Of a stretch of 64,000 nucleotides of DNA, positions 40,330-55,529 are shown one piece after another. The notes below the pieces were generated by a model, which did no database searches, was not told the origin of the DNA, and saw nothing but the letters and a program-made list of their open reading frames with translations. The stretch's first letter is position 1; each line of letters opens with the position of its first letter. The translations under genes and the position numbers were made by a program. Source of the DNA: Auanema rhodensis (lineage: Eukaryota; Animalia; Nematoda); contig OZ059900.1 in assembly GCA_964057225.1 (NCBI GenBank), positions 8,680,001-8,744,000 of the forward strand. Direction: 5' to 3'.

Positions 40330-43200
40330 CTATGACAGTATTCCATACATTTAGTCGTTTTAGAAGAAAAAAATATGCTTAAGATCAAAAGTTTGACTGA
40401 TTTTGCCAAAATGCCCTTCACACCCCAAAAAACCAATAATTCTTGATATTTTCGGTCCTTTTCGACCAAAGTGGTTAAAATTGGACATATATATGTGAAA
40501 ATAGTCAAAGTTTATGAATCCTGAATTTCAAATCCATATCTCAAAGGGTCTGATCAAAACATACAGTTTTCACATGTTTTGTACCCAAAATCGTTGAATA
40601 TATGGCGTTTTGAGCATAAAAAGGCCCATATTTCAATCAGTTTTGATATTCGTGCAAAACAGACCTATATGAACATTCTATGACAGTGTTTCATACATTT
40701 AGTCGTTTTAGAAGAAAAAAATATGCTTAAGATCAAAAGTTTGACTGATTTAGCCAAAATGTCCTTCAAACCCCAAAAAACCAATAATTCTTGATATTTT
40801 CGGTCCTTTTTGACCAAAGTGGTTAAAATTGGACATATATATGTAGAAATAGTCGAAGTTTATGAATCCTGAATTTCAAATCCATATCTCAAAGGGTCTG
40901 ATCAAAACATACAGTTTTCACATGTTTTGTACCCAAAATCGTTGAATATATGGCGTTTTGAGCATAAAAAGGCCCATATTTCAATCAGTTTTGATATTCG
41001 TGCAAAATACACCTATATGAACATTCTATGACAGTATTCCATACATTTAGTCGTTTTAGAAGAAAAAAATATGCTTAAGATGAAAAGTTTGACTGATTTT
41101 GCCAAAATGCCCTTCAATCCCCAAAAAACCAATAATTCTTGATATTTTCGGTCCTTTTCGACCAAAGTGGTTAAAATTGGACATATATATGTGAAAATAG
41201 TCAAAGTTTATGAATCCTGAATTTCAAATCCATATCTCAAAGGGTCTGATCAAAACATACAGTTTTCACATGTTTTGTACCCAAAATCGTTGAATATATG
41301 GCGTTTTGAGCATAAAAAGGCCCATATTTCAATCAGTTTTGATATTCGTGCAAAATACACCTATATGAACATTCTATGACAGTATTTCATACATTTAGTC
41401 GTTTTAGAAGAAAAAAATATGCTTAAGATCAAAAGTTTGACTGATTTAGCCAAAATGTCCTTCAAACCCCAAAAAACCTATAATTCTTGATATTTTCGGT
41501 CCTTTTTGACCAAAGTGGTTAAAATTGAACATATATATGTGAAAATAGTCAAAGTTTATGAATCCTGAATTTCAAATTCATATCTCAAAGGGTCTGATCA
41601 AAACATACAGTTTTCACATGTTTTGTACCCAAAATCGTTGAATATATGGCGTTTTGAGCATAAAAAGGCCCATATTTCAATCAGTTTTGATATTCGTGCA
41701 AATTACACCTATATCAACATTCTATGACAGTATTCCATACATTTAGTCGTTTTAGAAGAAAAAAATATGCTTAAGATCAAAAGTTTGACTGATTTTGCCA
41801 AAATGCCCTTCACACCCCAAAAAACCAATAATTCTTGATATTTTCGGTCCTTTTCGACCAAAGTGGTTAAAATTGGACATATATATGTGAAAATAGTCAA
41901 AGTTTATGAATCCTGAATTTCAAATCCATATCTCAAAGGGTCTGATCAAAACATACAGTTTTCACATGTTTTGTACCCAAAATCGTTGAATATATGGCGT
42001 TTTGAGCATAAAAAGGCCCATATTTCAATCAGTTTTGATATTCGTGCAAAACAGACCTATATGAACATTCTATGACAGTGTTTCATACATTTAGTCGTTT
42101 TAGAAGAAAAAAATATGCTTAAGATCAAAAGTTTGACTGATTTAGCCAAAATGTCCTTCAAACCCCAAAAAACCAATAATTCTTGATATTTTCGGTCCTT
42201 TTTGACCAAAGTGGTTAAAATTGGACATATATATGTAGAAATAGTCGAAGTTTATGAATCCTGAATTTCAAATCCATATCTCAAAGGGTCTGATCAAAAC
42301 ATACAGTTTTCACATGTTTTGTACCCAAAATCGTTGAATATATGGCGTTTTGAGCATAAAAAGGCCCATATTTCAATCAGTTTTGATATTCGTGCAAAAT
42401 ACACCTATATGAACATTCTATGACAGTATTCCATACATTTAGTCGTTTTAGAAGAAAAAAATATGCTTAAGATGAAAAGTTTGACTGATTTTGCCAAAAT
42501 GCCCTTCAATCCCCAAAAAACCAATAATTCTTGATATTTTCGGTCCTTTTCGACCAAAGTGGTTAAAATTGGACATATATATGTGAAAATAGTCAAAGTT
42601 TATGAATCCTGAATTTCAAATCCATATCTCAAAGGGTCTGATCAAAACATACAGTTTTCACATGTTTTGTACCCAAAATCGTTGAATATATGGCGTTTTG
42701 AGCATAAAAAGGCCCATATTTCAATCAGTTTTGATATTCGTGCAAAATACACCTATATGAACATTCTATGACAGTATTTCATACATTTAGTCGTTTTAGA
42801 AGAAAAAAATATGCTTAAGATCAAAAGTTTGACTGATTTAGCCAAAATGTCCTTCAAACCCCAAAAAACCTATAATTCTTGATATTTTCGGTCCTTTTTG
42901 ACCAAAGTGGTTAAAATTGAACATATATATGTGAAAATAGTCAAAGTTTATGAATCCTGAATTTCAAATTCATATCTCAAAGGGTCTGATCAAAACATAC
43001 AGTTTTCACATGTTTTGTACCCAAAATCGTTGAATATATGGCGTTTTGAGCATAAAAAGGCCCATATTTCAATCAGTTTTGATATTCGTGCAAATTACAC
43101 CTATATCAACATTCTATGACAGTATTCCATACATTTAGTCGTTTTAGAAGAAAAAAATATGCTTAAGATCAAAAGTTTGACTGATTTTGCCAAAATGCCC
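40330..43200. repeat. Tandem 4-monomer higher-order repeat (1392 bp x 2)
   Basis: TTCACACCCC (about 40421/41813), ACAGTGTTTC (40688/42080), GATGAAAAG (41082/42474), AACCTATAAT and AAATTACAC are all shared at +1392. Confidence 0.92.
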
Positions 43201-46200
43201 TTCAAACCCCAAAAAACCAATAATTCTTGATATTTTCGGTCCTTTTTGACCAAAGTGGTTAAAATTGGACATATATATGTGAAAATAGTCGAAGTTTATG
43301 AATCCTGAATTTCAAATCCATATCTCAAAGGGTCTGATCAAAACATACAGTTTTCACATGTTTTGTACCCAAAATCGTTGAATATATGGCGTTTTGAGCA
43401 TAAAAAGGCCCATATTTCAATCAGTTTTGATATTCGTGCAAAATACACCTATATGAACATTCTATGACAGTATTTCATACATTTAGTCGTTTTAGAAGAA
43501 AAAAATATGCTTAAGATCAAAAGTTTGACTGATTTTGCCAAAATGCTCTTCAATCCCCAAAAAACCAATAATTCTTGATGTTTTCGGTCCTTTTTGACCA
43601 AAGTGGTTAAAATTGAACATATATATGTAAAAATAGTCAAAGTTTATGAATCCTGAATTTCAAATCCATATCTCAAAGGGTCTGATCAAAACATACAGTT
43701 TTCACATGTTTTGTACCCAAAATCGTTGAATATATGGCGTTTTGAGCATAAAAAGGCCCATATTTCAATCAGTTTTGATATTCGTGCAAAATACACCTAT
43801 ATGAACATTCTATGACAGTATTTCATACATTTAGTCGTTTTAGAAGAAAAAAATATGCTTAAGATCAAAAGTTTGACTGATTTTGCCAAAATGCTCTTCA
43901 ATCCCCAAAAAACCAATAATTCTTGATGTTTTCGGTCCTTTTTGACCAAAGTGGTTAAAATTGAACATATATATGTAAAAATAGTCAAAGTTTATGAATC
44001 CTGAATTTCAAATCCATATCTCAAAGGGTCTGATCAAAACATACAGTTTTCACATGTTTTGTACCCAAACTCGTTGAATATATGGCGTTTTGAGCATAAA
44101 AAGGCCCATATTTCAATCAGTTTTGATATTCGTGCAAAACAGACCTATATGAACATTCTATGACAGTATTTCATACATTTAGTCGTTTTAGAAGAAAAAA
44201 ATATGCTTAAGATCAAAAGTTTGACTGATTTAGCCAAAATGTCCTTCAAACCCCAAAAAACCTATAATTCTTGATATTTTCGGTCCTTTTTGACCAAAGT
44301 GGTTAAAATTAAACATATATATGTGAAAATAGTCAAAGTTTATGAATCCTGAATTTCAAATCCATATCTCAAAGGGTCTGATCAAAACATACAGTTTTCA
44401 CATGTTTTGTACCCAAAATCGTTGAATATATGGCGTTTTGAGCATAAAAAGGCCCATATTTCAATCAGTTTCGATATTCGTGCAAAATACACCTATATCA
44501 ACATTCTATGACAGTATTCCATACATTTAGTCGTTTTAGAAGAAAAAAATATGCTTAAGATCAAAAGTTTGACTGATTTTGCCAAAATGCCCTTCAATCC
44601 CCAAAAAACCAATAATTCTTGATATTTTCGGTCCTTTTTGACCAAAGTGGTTAAAATTGGACATATATATGTAGAAATAGTCGAAGTTTATGAATCCTGA
44701 CGTTCAAATCCATATCTCAAAGGGTCTGATCAAAACATACAGTTTTCACATGTTTTGTACCCAAAATCGTTGAATATATGGCGTTTTGAGCATAAAAAGG
44801 CCCATATTTCAATCAGTTTTGATATTCGTGCAAAATACACCTATATGAACATTCTATGACAGTATTCCATACATTTAGTCGTTTTAGAAGAAAAAAATAT
44901 GCTTAAGATGAAAAGTTTGACTGATTTTGCCAAAATGCCCTTCAATCCCCAAAAAACCAATAATTCTTGATATTTTCGGTCCTTTTCGACCAAAGTGGTT
45001 AAAATTGGACATATATATGTGAAAATAGTCAAAGTTTATGAATCCTGAATTTCAAATCCATATCTCAAAGGGTCTGATCAAAACATACAGTTTTCACATG
45101 TTTTGTACCCAAAATCGTTGAATATATGGCGTTTTGAGCATAAAAAGGCCCATATTTCAATCAGTTTTGATATTCGTGCAAAATACACCTATATGAACAT
45201 TCTATGACAGTATTTCATACATTTAGTCGTTTTAGAAGAAAAAAATATGCTTAAGATCAAAAGTTTGACTGATTTTGCCAAAATGCTCTTCAATCCCCAA
45301 AAAACCAATAATTCTTGATGTTTTCGGTCCTTTTTGACCAAAGTGGTTAAAATTGAACATATATATGTAAAAATAGTCAAAGTTTATGAATCCTGAATTT
45401 CAAATCCATATCTCAAAGGGTCTGATCAAAACATACAGTTTTCACATGTTTTGTACCCAAAATCGTTGAATATATGGCGTTTTGAGCATAAAAAGGCCCA
45501 TATTTCAATCAGTTTTGATATTCGTGCAAAATACACCTATATGAACATTCTATGACAGTATTTCATACATTTAGTCGTTTTAGAAGAAAAAAATATGCTT
45601 AAGATCAAAAGTTTGACTGATTTTGCCAAAATGCTCTTCAATCCCCAAAAAACCAATAATTCTTGATGTTTTCGGTCCTTTTTGACCAAAGTGGTTAAAA
45701 TTGAACATATATATGTAAAAATAGTCAAAGTTTATGAATCCTGAATTTCAAATCCATATCTCAAAGGGTCTGATCAAAACATACAGTTTTCACATGTTTT
45801 GTACCCAAACTCGTTGAATATATGGCGTTTTGAGCATAAAAAGGCCCATATTTCAATCAGTTTTGATATTCGTGCAAAACAGACCTATATGAACATTCTA
45901 TGACAGTATTTCATACATTTAGTCGTTTTAGAAGAAAAAAATATGCTTAAGATCAAAAGTTTGACTGATTTAGCCAAAATGTCCTTCAAACCCCAAAAAA
46001 CCTATAATTCTTGATATTTTCGGTCCTTTTTGACCAAAGTGGTTAAAATTAAACATATATATGTGAAAATAGTCAAAGTTTATGAATCCTGAATTTCAAA
46101 TTCATATCTCAAAGGGTCTGATCAAAACATACAGTTTTCATATGTTTTGTACCCAAAATCGTTGAATATATGGCGTTTTGAGCATAAAAAGGCCCATATT

Positions 46201-49200
46201 TCAATCAGTTTTGATATTCGTGCAAAATACACCTATATGAACATTCTATGACAGTATTTCATACATTTAGTCGTTTTAGAAGAAAAAAATATGCTTAAGA
46301 TCAAAAGTTTGACTGATTTAGCCAAAATGTCCTTCAAACCCCAAAAAACCTATAATTCTTGATATTTTCGGTCCTTTTTGACCAAAGTGGTTAAAATTGA
46401 ACATATATATGTGAAAATAGTCAAAGTTTATGAATCCTGAATTTCAAATTCATATCTCAAAGGGTCTGATCAAAACATACAGTTTTCACATGTTTTGTAC
46501 CCAAAATCGTTGAATATATGGCGTTTTGAGCATAAAAAGGCCCATATTTCAATCAGTTTTGATATTCGTGCAAAATACACTTATATCAACATTCTATGAC
46601 AGTATTCCATACATTAAGTCGTTTTAGAAGAAAAAAATATGCTTAAGATCAAAAGTTTGACTGATTTAGCCAAAATGCCCTTCAATCCCCAAAAAACCAA
46701 TAATTCTTGATATTTTCGGTCCTTTTTGACCAAAGTGGTTAAAATTGAACATATATATGTGAAAATAGTCAAAGTTTATGAATCCTGAATTTCAAATCCA
46801 TATCTCAAAGGGTCTGATCAAAACATACAGTTTTCACATGTTTTGTACCCAAAATCGTTGAATATATGGCGTTTTGAGCATAAAAAGGCCCATATTTCAA
46901 TCAGTTTTGATATTCGTGCAAAATACACTTATATCAACATTCTATGACAGTATTCCATACATTAAGTCGTTTTAGAAGAAAAAAATATGCTTAAGATCAA
47001 AAGTTTGACTGATTTAGCCAAAATGCCCTTCAATCCCCAAAAAACCAATAATTCTTGATATTTCCGGTCCTTTTTGACCAAAGTGGTTAGAATTGGACAT
47101 ATATATGTAGAAATAGTCGAAGTTTATGAATCCTGAATTTCAAATCCATATCTCAAAGGGTCTGATCAAAACATACAGTTTTCACATGTTTTGTACCCAA
47201 AATCGTTGAATATATGGCGTTTTGAGCATAAAAAGGCCCATATTTCAATCAGTTTTGATATTCGTGCAAAATACACCTATATGAACATTCTATGACAGTA
47301 TTCCATACATTTAGTCGTTTTAGAAGAAAAAAATATGCTTAAGATGAAAAGTTTGACTGATTTTGCCAAAATGCCCTTCAATCCCCAAAAAACCCAATAA
47401 TTCTTGATATTTTCGGTCCTTTTCGACCAAAGTGGTTAAAATTGGACATATATATGTGAAAATAGTCAAAGTTTATGAATCCTGAATTTCAAATCCATAT
47501 CTCAAAGGGTCTGATCAAAACATACAGTTTTCACATGTTTTGTACCCAAAATCGTTGAATATATGGCGTTTTGAGCATAAAAAGGCCCATATTTCAATCA
47601 GTTTTGATATTCGTGCAAAATACACCTATATGAACATTCTATGACAGTATTTCATACATTTAGTCGTTTTAGAAGAAAAAAATATGCTTAAGATCAAAAG
47701 TTTGACTGATTTAGCCAAAATGTCCTTCAAACCCCAAAAAACCTATAATTCTTGATATTTTCGGTCCTTTTTGACCAAAGTGGTTAAAATTGAACATATA
47801 TATGTGAAAATAGTCAAAGTTTATGAATCCTGAATTTCAAATTCATATTTCAAAGGGTCTGATCAAAACATACAGTTTTCACATGTTTTGTACCCAAAAT
47901 CGTTGAATATATGGCGTTTTGAGCATAAAAAGGCCCATATTTCAATCAGTTTTGATATTCGTGCAAATTACACCTATATCAACATTCTATGACAGTATTC
48001 CATACATTTAGTCGTTTTAGAAGAAAAAAATATGCTTAAGATCAAAAGTTTGACTGATTTTGCCAAAATGCCCTTCAAACCCCAAAAAACCAATAATTCT
48101 TGATATTTTCGGTCCTTTTTGACCAAAGTGGTTAAAATTGGACATATATATGTGAAAATAGTCGAAGTTTATGAATCCTGAATTTCAAATCCATATCTCA
48201 AAGGGTCTGATCAAAACATACAGTTTTCACATGTTTTGTACCCAAAATCGTTGAATATATGGCGTTTTGAGCATAAAAAGGCCCATATTTCAATCAGTTT
48301 TGATATTCGTGCAAAATACACCTATATGAACATTCTATGACAGTATTTCATACATTTAGTCGTTTTAGAAGAGAAAAATATGCTTAAGATCAAAAGTTTG
48401 ACTGATTTTGCCAAAATGCTCTTCAATCCCCAAAAAACCAATAATTCTTGATGTTTTCGGTCCTTTTTGACCAAAGTGGTTAAAATTGAACATATATATG
48501 TAAAAATAGTCAAAGTTTATGAATCCTGAATTTCAAATCCATATCTCAAAGGGTCTGATCAAAACATACAGTTTTCACATGTTTTGTACCCAAAATCGTT
48601 GAATATATGGCGTTTTGAGCATAAAAAGGCCCATATTTCAATCAGTTTCGATATTCGTGCAAAATACACCTATATCAACATTCTATGACAGTATTCCATA
48701 CATTTAGTCGTTTTAGAAGAAAAAAATATGCTTAAGATCAAAAGTTTGACTGATTTTGCCAAAATGCCCTTCAATCCCCAAAAAACCAATAATTCTTGAT
48801 ATTTTCGGTCCTTTTTGACCAAAGTGGTTAAAATTGGACATATATATGTAGAAATAGTCGAAGTTTATGAATCCTGAATTTCAAATCCATATCTCAAAGG
48901 GTCTGATCAAAACATACAGTTTTCACATGTTTTGTACCCAAAATCGTTGAATATATGGCGTTTTGAGCATAAAAAGGCCCATATTTCAATCAGTTTCGAT
49001 ATTCGTGCAAAATACACCTATATCAACATTCTATGACAGTATTCCATACATTTAGTCGTTTTAGAAGAAAAAAATATGCTTAAGATCAAAAGTTTGACTG
49101 ATTTTGCCAAAATGCCCTTCAATCCCCAAAAAACCAATAATTCTTGATATTTTCGGTCCTTTTTGACCAAAGTGGTTAAAATTGGACATATATATGTAGA

Positions 49201-52200
49201 AATAGTCGAAGTTTATGAATCCTGAATTTCAAATCCATATCTCAAAGGGTCTGATCAAAACATACAGTTTTCACATGTTTTGTACCCAAAATCGTTGAAT
49301 ATATGGCGTTTTGAGCATAAAAAGGCCCATATTTCAATCAGTTTTGATATTCGTGCAAATTACACCTATATCAACATTCTATGACAGTATTCCATACATT
49401 TAGTCGTTCTAGAAGAAAAAAATATGCTTAAGATGAAAAGTTTGACTGATTTTGCCAAAATGCCCTTCAATCCCCAAAAAACCAATAATTCTTGATATTT
49501 TCGGTCCTTTTCGACCAAAGTGGTTAAAATTGGACATATATATGTGAAAATAGTCAAAGTTTATGAATCCTGAATTTCAAATCCATATCTCAAAGGGTCT
49601 GATCAAAACATACAGTTTTCACATGTTTTGTACCCAAAATCGTTGAATATATGGCGTTTTGAGCATAAAAAGGCCCATATTTCAATCAGTTTTGATATTC
49701 GTGCAAAATACACCTATATGAACATTCTATGACAGTATTTCATACATTTAGTCGTTTTAGAAGAAAAAAATATGCTTAAGATCAAAAGTTTGACTGATTT
49801 AGCCAAAATGTCCTTCAAACCCCAAAAAACCTATAATTCTTGATATTTTCGGTCCTTTTTGACCAAAGTGGTTAAAATTGAACATATATATGTGAAAATA
49901 GTCAAAGTTTATGAATCCTGAATTTCAAATTCATATCTCAAAGGGTCTGATCAAAACATACAGTTTTCACATGTTTTGTACCCAAAATCGTTGAATATAT
50001 GGCGTTTTGAGCATAAAAAGGCCCATATTTCAATCAGTTTTGATATTCGTGCAAATTACACCTATATCAACATTCTATGACAGTATTCCATACATTTAGT
50101 CGTTTTAGAAGAAAAAAATATGCTTAAGATCAAAAGTTTGACTGATTTTGCCAAAATGCCCTTCAAACCCCAAAAAACCAATAATTCTTGATATTTTCGG
50201 TCCTTTTTGACCAAAGTGGTTAAAATTGGACATATATATGTGAAAATAGTCGAAGTTTATGAATCCTGAATTTCAAATCCATATCTCAAAGGGTCTGATC
50301 AAAACATACAGTTTTCACATGTTTTGTACCCAAAATCGTTGAATATATGGCGTTTTGAGCATAAAAAGGCCCATATTTCAATCAGTTTTGATATTCGTGC
50401 AAAATACACCTATATGAACATTCTATGACAGTATTTCATACATTTAGTCGTTTTAGAAGAAAAAAATATGCTTAAGATCAAAAGTTTGACTGATTTTGCC
50501 AAAATGCTCTTCAATCCCCAAAAAACCAATAATTCTTGATGTTTTCGGTCCTTTTTGACCAAAGTGGTTAAAATTGAACATATATATGTAAAAATAGTCA
50601 AAGTTTATGAATCCTGAATTTCAAATCCATATCTCAAAGGGTCTGATCAAAACATACAGTTTTCACATGTTTTGTACCCAAAATCGTTGAATATATGGCG
50701 TTTTGAGCATAAAAAGGCCCATATTTCAATCAGTTTTGATATTCGTGCAAAATACACCTATATGAACATTCTATGACAGTATTTCATACATTTAGTCGTT
50801 TTAGAAGAAAAAAATATGCTTAAGATCAAAAGTTTGACTGATTTTGCCAAAATGCTCTTCAATCCCCAAAAAACCAATAATTCTTGATGTTTTCGGTCCT
50901 TTTTGACCAAAGTGGTTAAAATTGAACATATATATGTAAAAATAGTCAAAGTTTATGAATCCTGAATTTCAAATCCATATCTCAAAGGGTCTGATCAAAA
51001 CATACAGTTTTCACATGTTTTGTACCCAAACTCGTTGAATATATGGCGTTTTGAGCATAAAAAGGCCCATATTTCAATCAGTTTTGATATTCGTGCAAAA
51101 CAGACCTATATGAACATTCTATGACAGTATTTCATACATTTAGTCGTTTTAGAAGAAAAAAATATGCTTAAGATCAAAAGTTTGACTGATTTAGCCAAAA
51201 TGTCCTTCAAACCCCAAAAAACCTATAATTCTTGATATTTTCGGTCCTTTTTGACCAAAGTGGTTAAAATTAAACATATATATGTGAAAATAGTCAAAGT
51301 TTATGAATCCTGAATTTCAAATTCATATCTCAAAGGGTCTGATCAAAACATACAGTTTTCATATGTTTTCTACCCAAAATCGTTGAATATATGGCGTATT
51401 GAGAATAAAAAGGCCCATATTTCAATCAGTTTTGATATTCGTGCAAAATACACCTATATGAACATTCTATGACAGTATTTCATACATTTAGTCGTTTTAG
51501 AAGAAAAAAATATGCTTAAGATCAAAAGTTTGACTGATTTAGCCAAAATGTCCTTCAAACCCCAAAAAACCTATAATTCTTGATATTTTCGGTCCTTTTT
51601 GACCAAAGTGGTTAAAATTGAACATATATATGTGAAAATAGTCAAAGTTTATGAATCCTGAATTTCAAATCCATATCTCAAAGGGTCTGATCAAAACATA
51701 CAGTTTTCACATGTTTTGTACCCAAAATCGTTGAATATATGGCGTTTTGAGCATAAAAAGGCCCATATTTCAATCAGTTTTGATATTCGTGCAAAATACA
51801 CCTATATGAACATTCTATGACAGTATTTCATACATTTAGTCGTTTTAGAAGAAAAAAATATGCTTAAGATCAAAAGTTTGACTGATTTTGCCAAAATGCT
51901 CTTCAATCCCCAAAAAACCAATAATTCTTGATGTTTTCGGTCCTTTTTGACCAAAGTGGTTAAAATTGAACATATATATGTAAAAATAGTCAAAGTTTAT
52001 GAATCCTGAATTTCAAATCCATATCTCAAAGGGTCTGATCAAAACATACAGTTTTCACATGTTTTGTACCCAAAATCGTTGAATATATGGCGTTTTGAGC
52101 ATAAAAAGGCCCATATTTCAATCAGTTTTGATATTCGTGCAAAATACACCTATATGAACATTCTATGACAGTATTTCATACATTTAGTCGTTTTAGAAGA

Positions 52201-55200
52201 AAAAAATATGCTTAAGATCAAAAGTTTGACTGATTTTGCCAAAATGCTCTTCAATCCCCAAAAAACCAATAATTCTTGATGTTTTCGGTCCTTTTTGACC
52301 AAAGTGGTTAAAATTGAACATATATATGTAAAAATAGTCAAAGTTTATGAATCCTGAATTTCAAATCCATATCTCAAAGGGTCTGATCAAAACATACAGT
52401 TTTCACATGTTTTGTACCCAAACTCGTTGAATATATGGCGTTTTGAGCATAAAAAGGCCCATATTTCAATCAGTTTTGATATTCGTGCAAAACAGACCTA
52501 TATGAACATTCTATGACAGTATTTCATACATTTAGTCGTTTTAGAAGAAAAAAATATGCTTAAGATCAAAAGTTTGACTGATTTAGCCAAAATGTCCTTC
52601 AAACCCCAAAAAACCTATAATTCTTGATATTTTCGGTCCTTTTTGACCAAAGTGGTTAAAATTAAACATATATATGTGAAAATAGTCAAAGTTTATGAAT
52701 CCTGAATTTCAAATTCATATCTCAAAGGGTCTGATCAAAACATACAGTTTTCATATGTTTTGTACCCAAAATCGTTGAATATATGGCGTTTTGAGCATAA
52801 AAAGGCCCATATTTCAATCAGTTTTGATATTCGTGCAAAATACACCTATATGAACATTCTATGACAGTATTTCATACATTTAGTCGTTTTAGAAGAAAAA
52901 AATATGCTTAAGATCAAAAGTTTGACTGATTTAGCCAAAATGTCCTTCAAACCCCAAAAAACCTATAATTCTTGATATTTTCGGTCCTTTTTGACCAAAG
53001 TGGTTAAAATTGAACATATATATGTGAAAATAGTCAAAGTTTATGAATCCTGAATTTCAAATTCATATCTCAAAGGGTCTGATCAAAACATACAGTTTTC
53101 ACATGTTTTGTACCCAAAATCGTTGAATATATGGCGTTTTGAGCATAAAAAGGCCCATATTTCAATCAGTTTTGATATTCGTGCAAATTACACCTATATC
53201 AACATTCTATGACAGTATTCCATACATTTAGTCGTTTTAGAAGAGAAAAATATGCTTAAGATCAAAAGTTTGACTGATTTTGCCAAAATGCCCTTCAAAC
53301 CCCAAAAAACCAATAATTCTTGATATTTTCGGTCCTTTTTGACCAAAGTGGTTAAAATTGGACATATATATGTAAAAATAGTCAAAGTTTATGAATCCTG
53401 AATTTCAAATCCATATCTCAAAGGGTCTGATCAAAACATACAGTTTTCACATGTTTTGTACCCAAAATCGTTGAATATATGGCGTTTTGAGCATAAAAAG
53501 GCCCATATTTCAATCAGTTTTGATATTCGTGCAAAATACACCTATATGAACATTCTATGACAGTATTTCATACATTTAGTCGTTTTAGAAGAAAAAAATA
53601 TGCTTAAGATCAAAAGTTTGACTGATTTTGCCAAAATGCTCTTCAATCCCCAAAAAACCAATAATTCTTGATGTTTTCGGTCCTTTTTGACCAAAGTGGT
53701 TAAAATTGAACATATATATGTAAAAATAGTCAAAGTTTATGAATCCTGAATTTCAAATCCATATCTCAAAGGGTCTGATCAAAACATACAGTTTTCACAT
53801 GTTTTGTACCCAAAATCGTTGAATATATGGCGTTTTGAGCATAAAAAGGCCCATATTTCAATCAGTTTTGATATTCGTGCAAAATACACCTATATGAACA
53901 TTCTATGACAGTATTTCATACATTTAGTCGTTTTAGAAGAAAAAAATATGCTTAAGATCAAAAGTTTGACTGATTTTGCCAAAATGCTCTTCAATCCCCA
54001 AAAAACCAATAATTCTTGATGTTTTCGGTCCTTTTTGACCAAAGTGGTTAAAATTGAACATATATATGTGAAAATAGTCGAAGTTTATGAATCCTGAATT
54101 TCAAATCCATATCTCAAAGGGTCTGATCAAAACATACAGTTTTCACATGTTTTGTACCCAAAATCGTTGAATATATGGCGTTTTGAGCATAAAAAGGCCC
54201 ATATTTCAATCAGTTTTGATATTCGTGCAAAATACACCTATATGAACATTCTATGACAGTATTTCATACATTTAGTCGTTTTAGAAGAAAAAAATATGCT
54301 TAAGATCAAAAGTTTGACTGATTTTGCCAAAATGCTCTTCAATCCCCAAAAAACCAATAATTCTTGATGTTTTCGGTCCTTTTTGACCAAAGTGGTTAAA
54401 ATTGAACATATATATGTAAAAATAGTCAAAGTTTATGAATCCTGAATTTCAAATCCATATCTCAAAGGGTCTGATCAAAACATACAGTTTTCACATGTTT
54501 TGTACCCAAAATCGTTGAATATATGGCGTTTTGAGCATAAAAAGGCCCATATTTCAATCAGTTTTGATATTCGTGCAAAATACACCTATATGAACATTCT
54601 ATGACAGTATTTCATACATTTAGTCGTTTTAGAAGAAAAAAATATGCTTAAGATCAAAAGTTTGACTGATTTTGCCAAAATGCTCTTCAATCCCCAAAAA
54701 ACCAATAATTCTTGATGTTTTCGGTCCTTTTTGACCAAAGTGGTTAAAATTGAACATATATATGTAAAAATAGTCAAAGTTTATGAATCCTGAATTTCAA
54801 ATCCATATCTCAAAGGGTCTGATCAAAACATACAGTTTTCACATGTTTTGTACCCAAACTCGTTGAATATATGGCGTTTTGAGCATAAAAAGGCCCATAT
54901 TTCAATCAGTTTTGATATTCGTGCAAAACAGACCTATATGAACATTCTATGACAGTATTTCATACATTTAGTCGTTTTAGAAGAAAAAAATATGCTTAAG
55001 ATCAAAAGTTTGACTGATTTAGCCAAAATGTCCTTCAAACCCCAAAAAACCTATAATTCTTGATATTTTCGGTCCTTTTTGACCAAAGTGGTTAAAATTA
55101 AACATATATATGTGAAAATAGTCAAAGTTTATGAATCCTGAATTTCAAATTCATATCTCAAAGGGTCTGATCAAAACATACAGTTTTCACATGTTTTGTA

Positions 55201-55529
55201 CCCAAACTCGTTGAATATATGGCGTTTTGAGCATAAAAAGGCCCATATTTCAATCAGTTTTGATATTCGTGCAAAATACACCTAAATGAACATTCTATGA
55301 CAGTATTTCATACATTTAGTCGTTTTAGAAGAAAAAAATATGCTTAAGATCAAAAGTTTGACTGATTTTGCCAAAATGCCCTTCAAACCCCAAAAAACCA
55401 ATAATTCTTGATATTTTCGGTCCTTTTTGACCAAAGTGGTTAAAATTGGACATATATATGTGAAAATAGTCGAAGTTTATGAATCCTGAATTTCAAATCC
55501 ATATCTCAAAGGGTCTGATCAAAACATAC

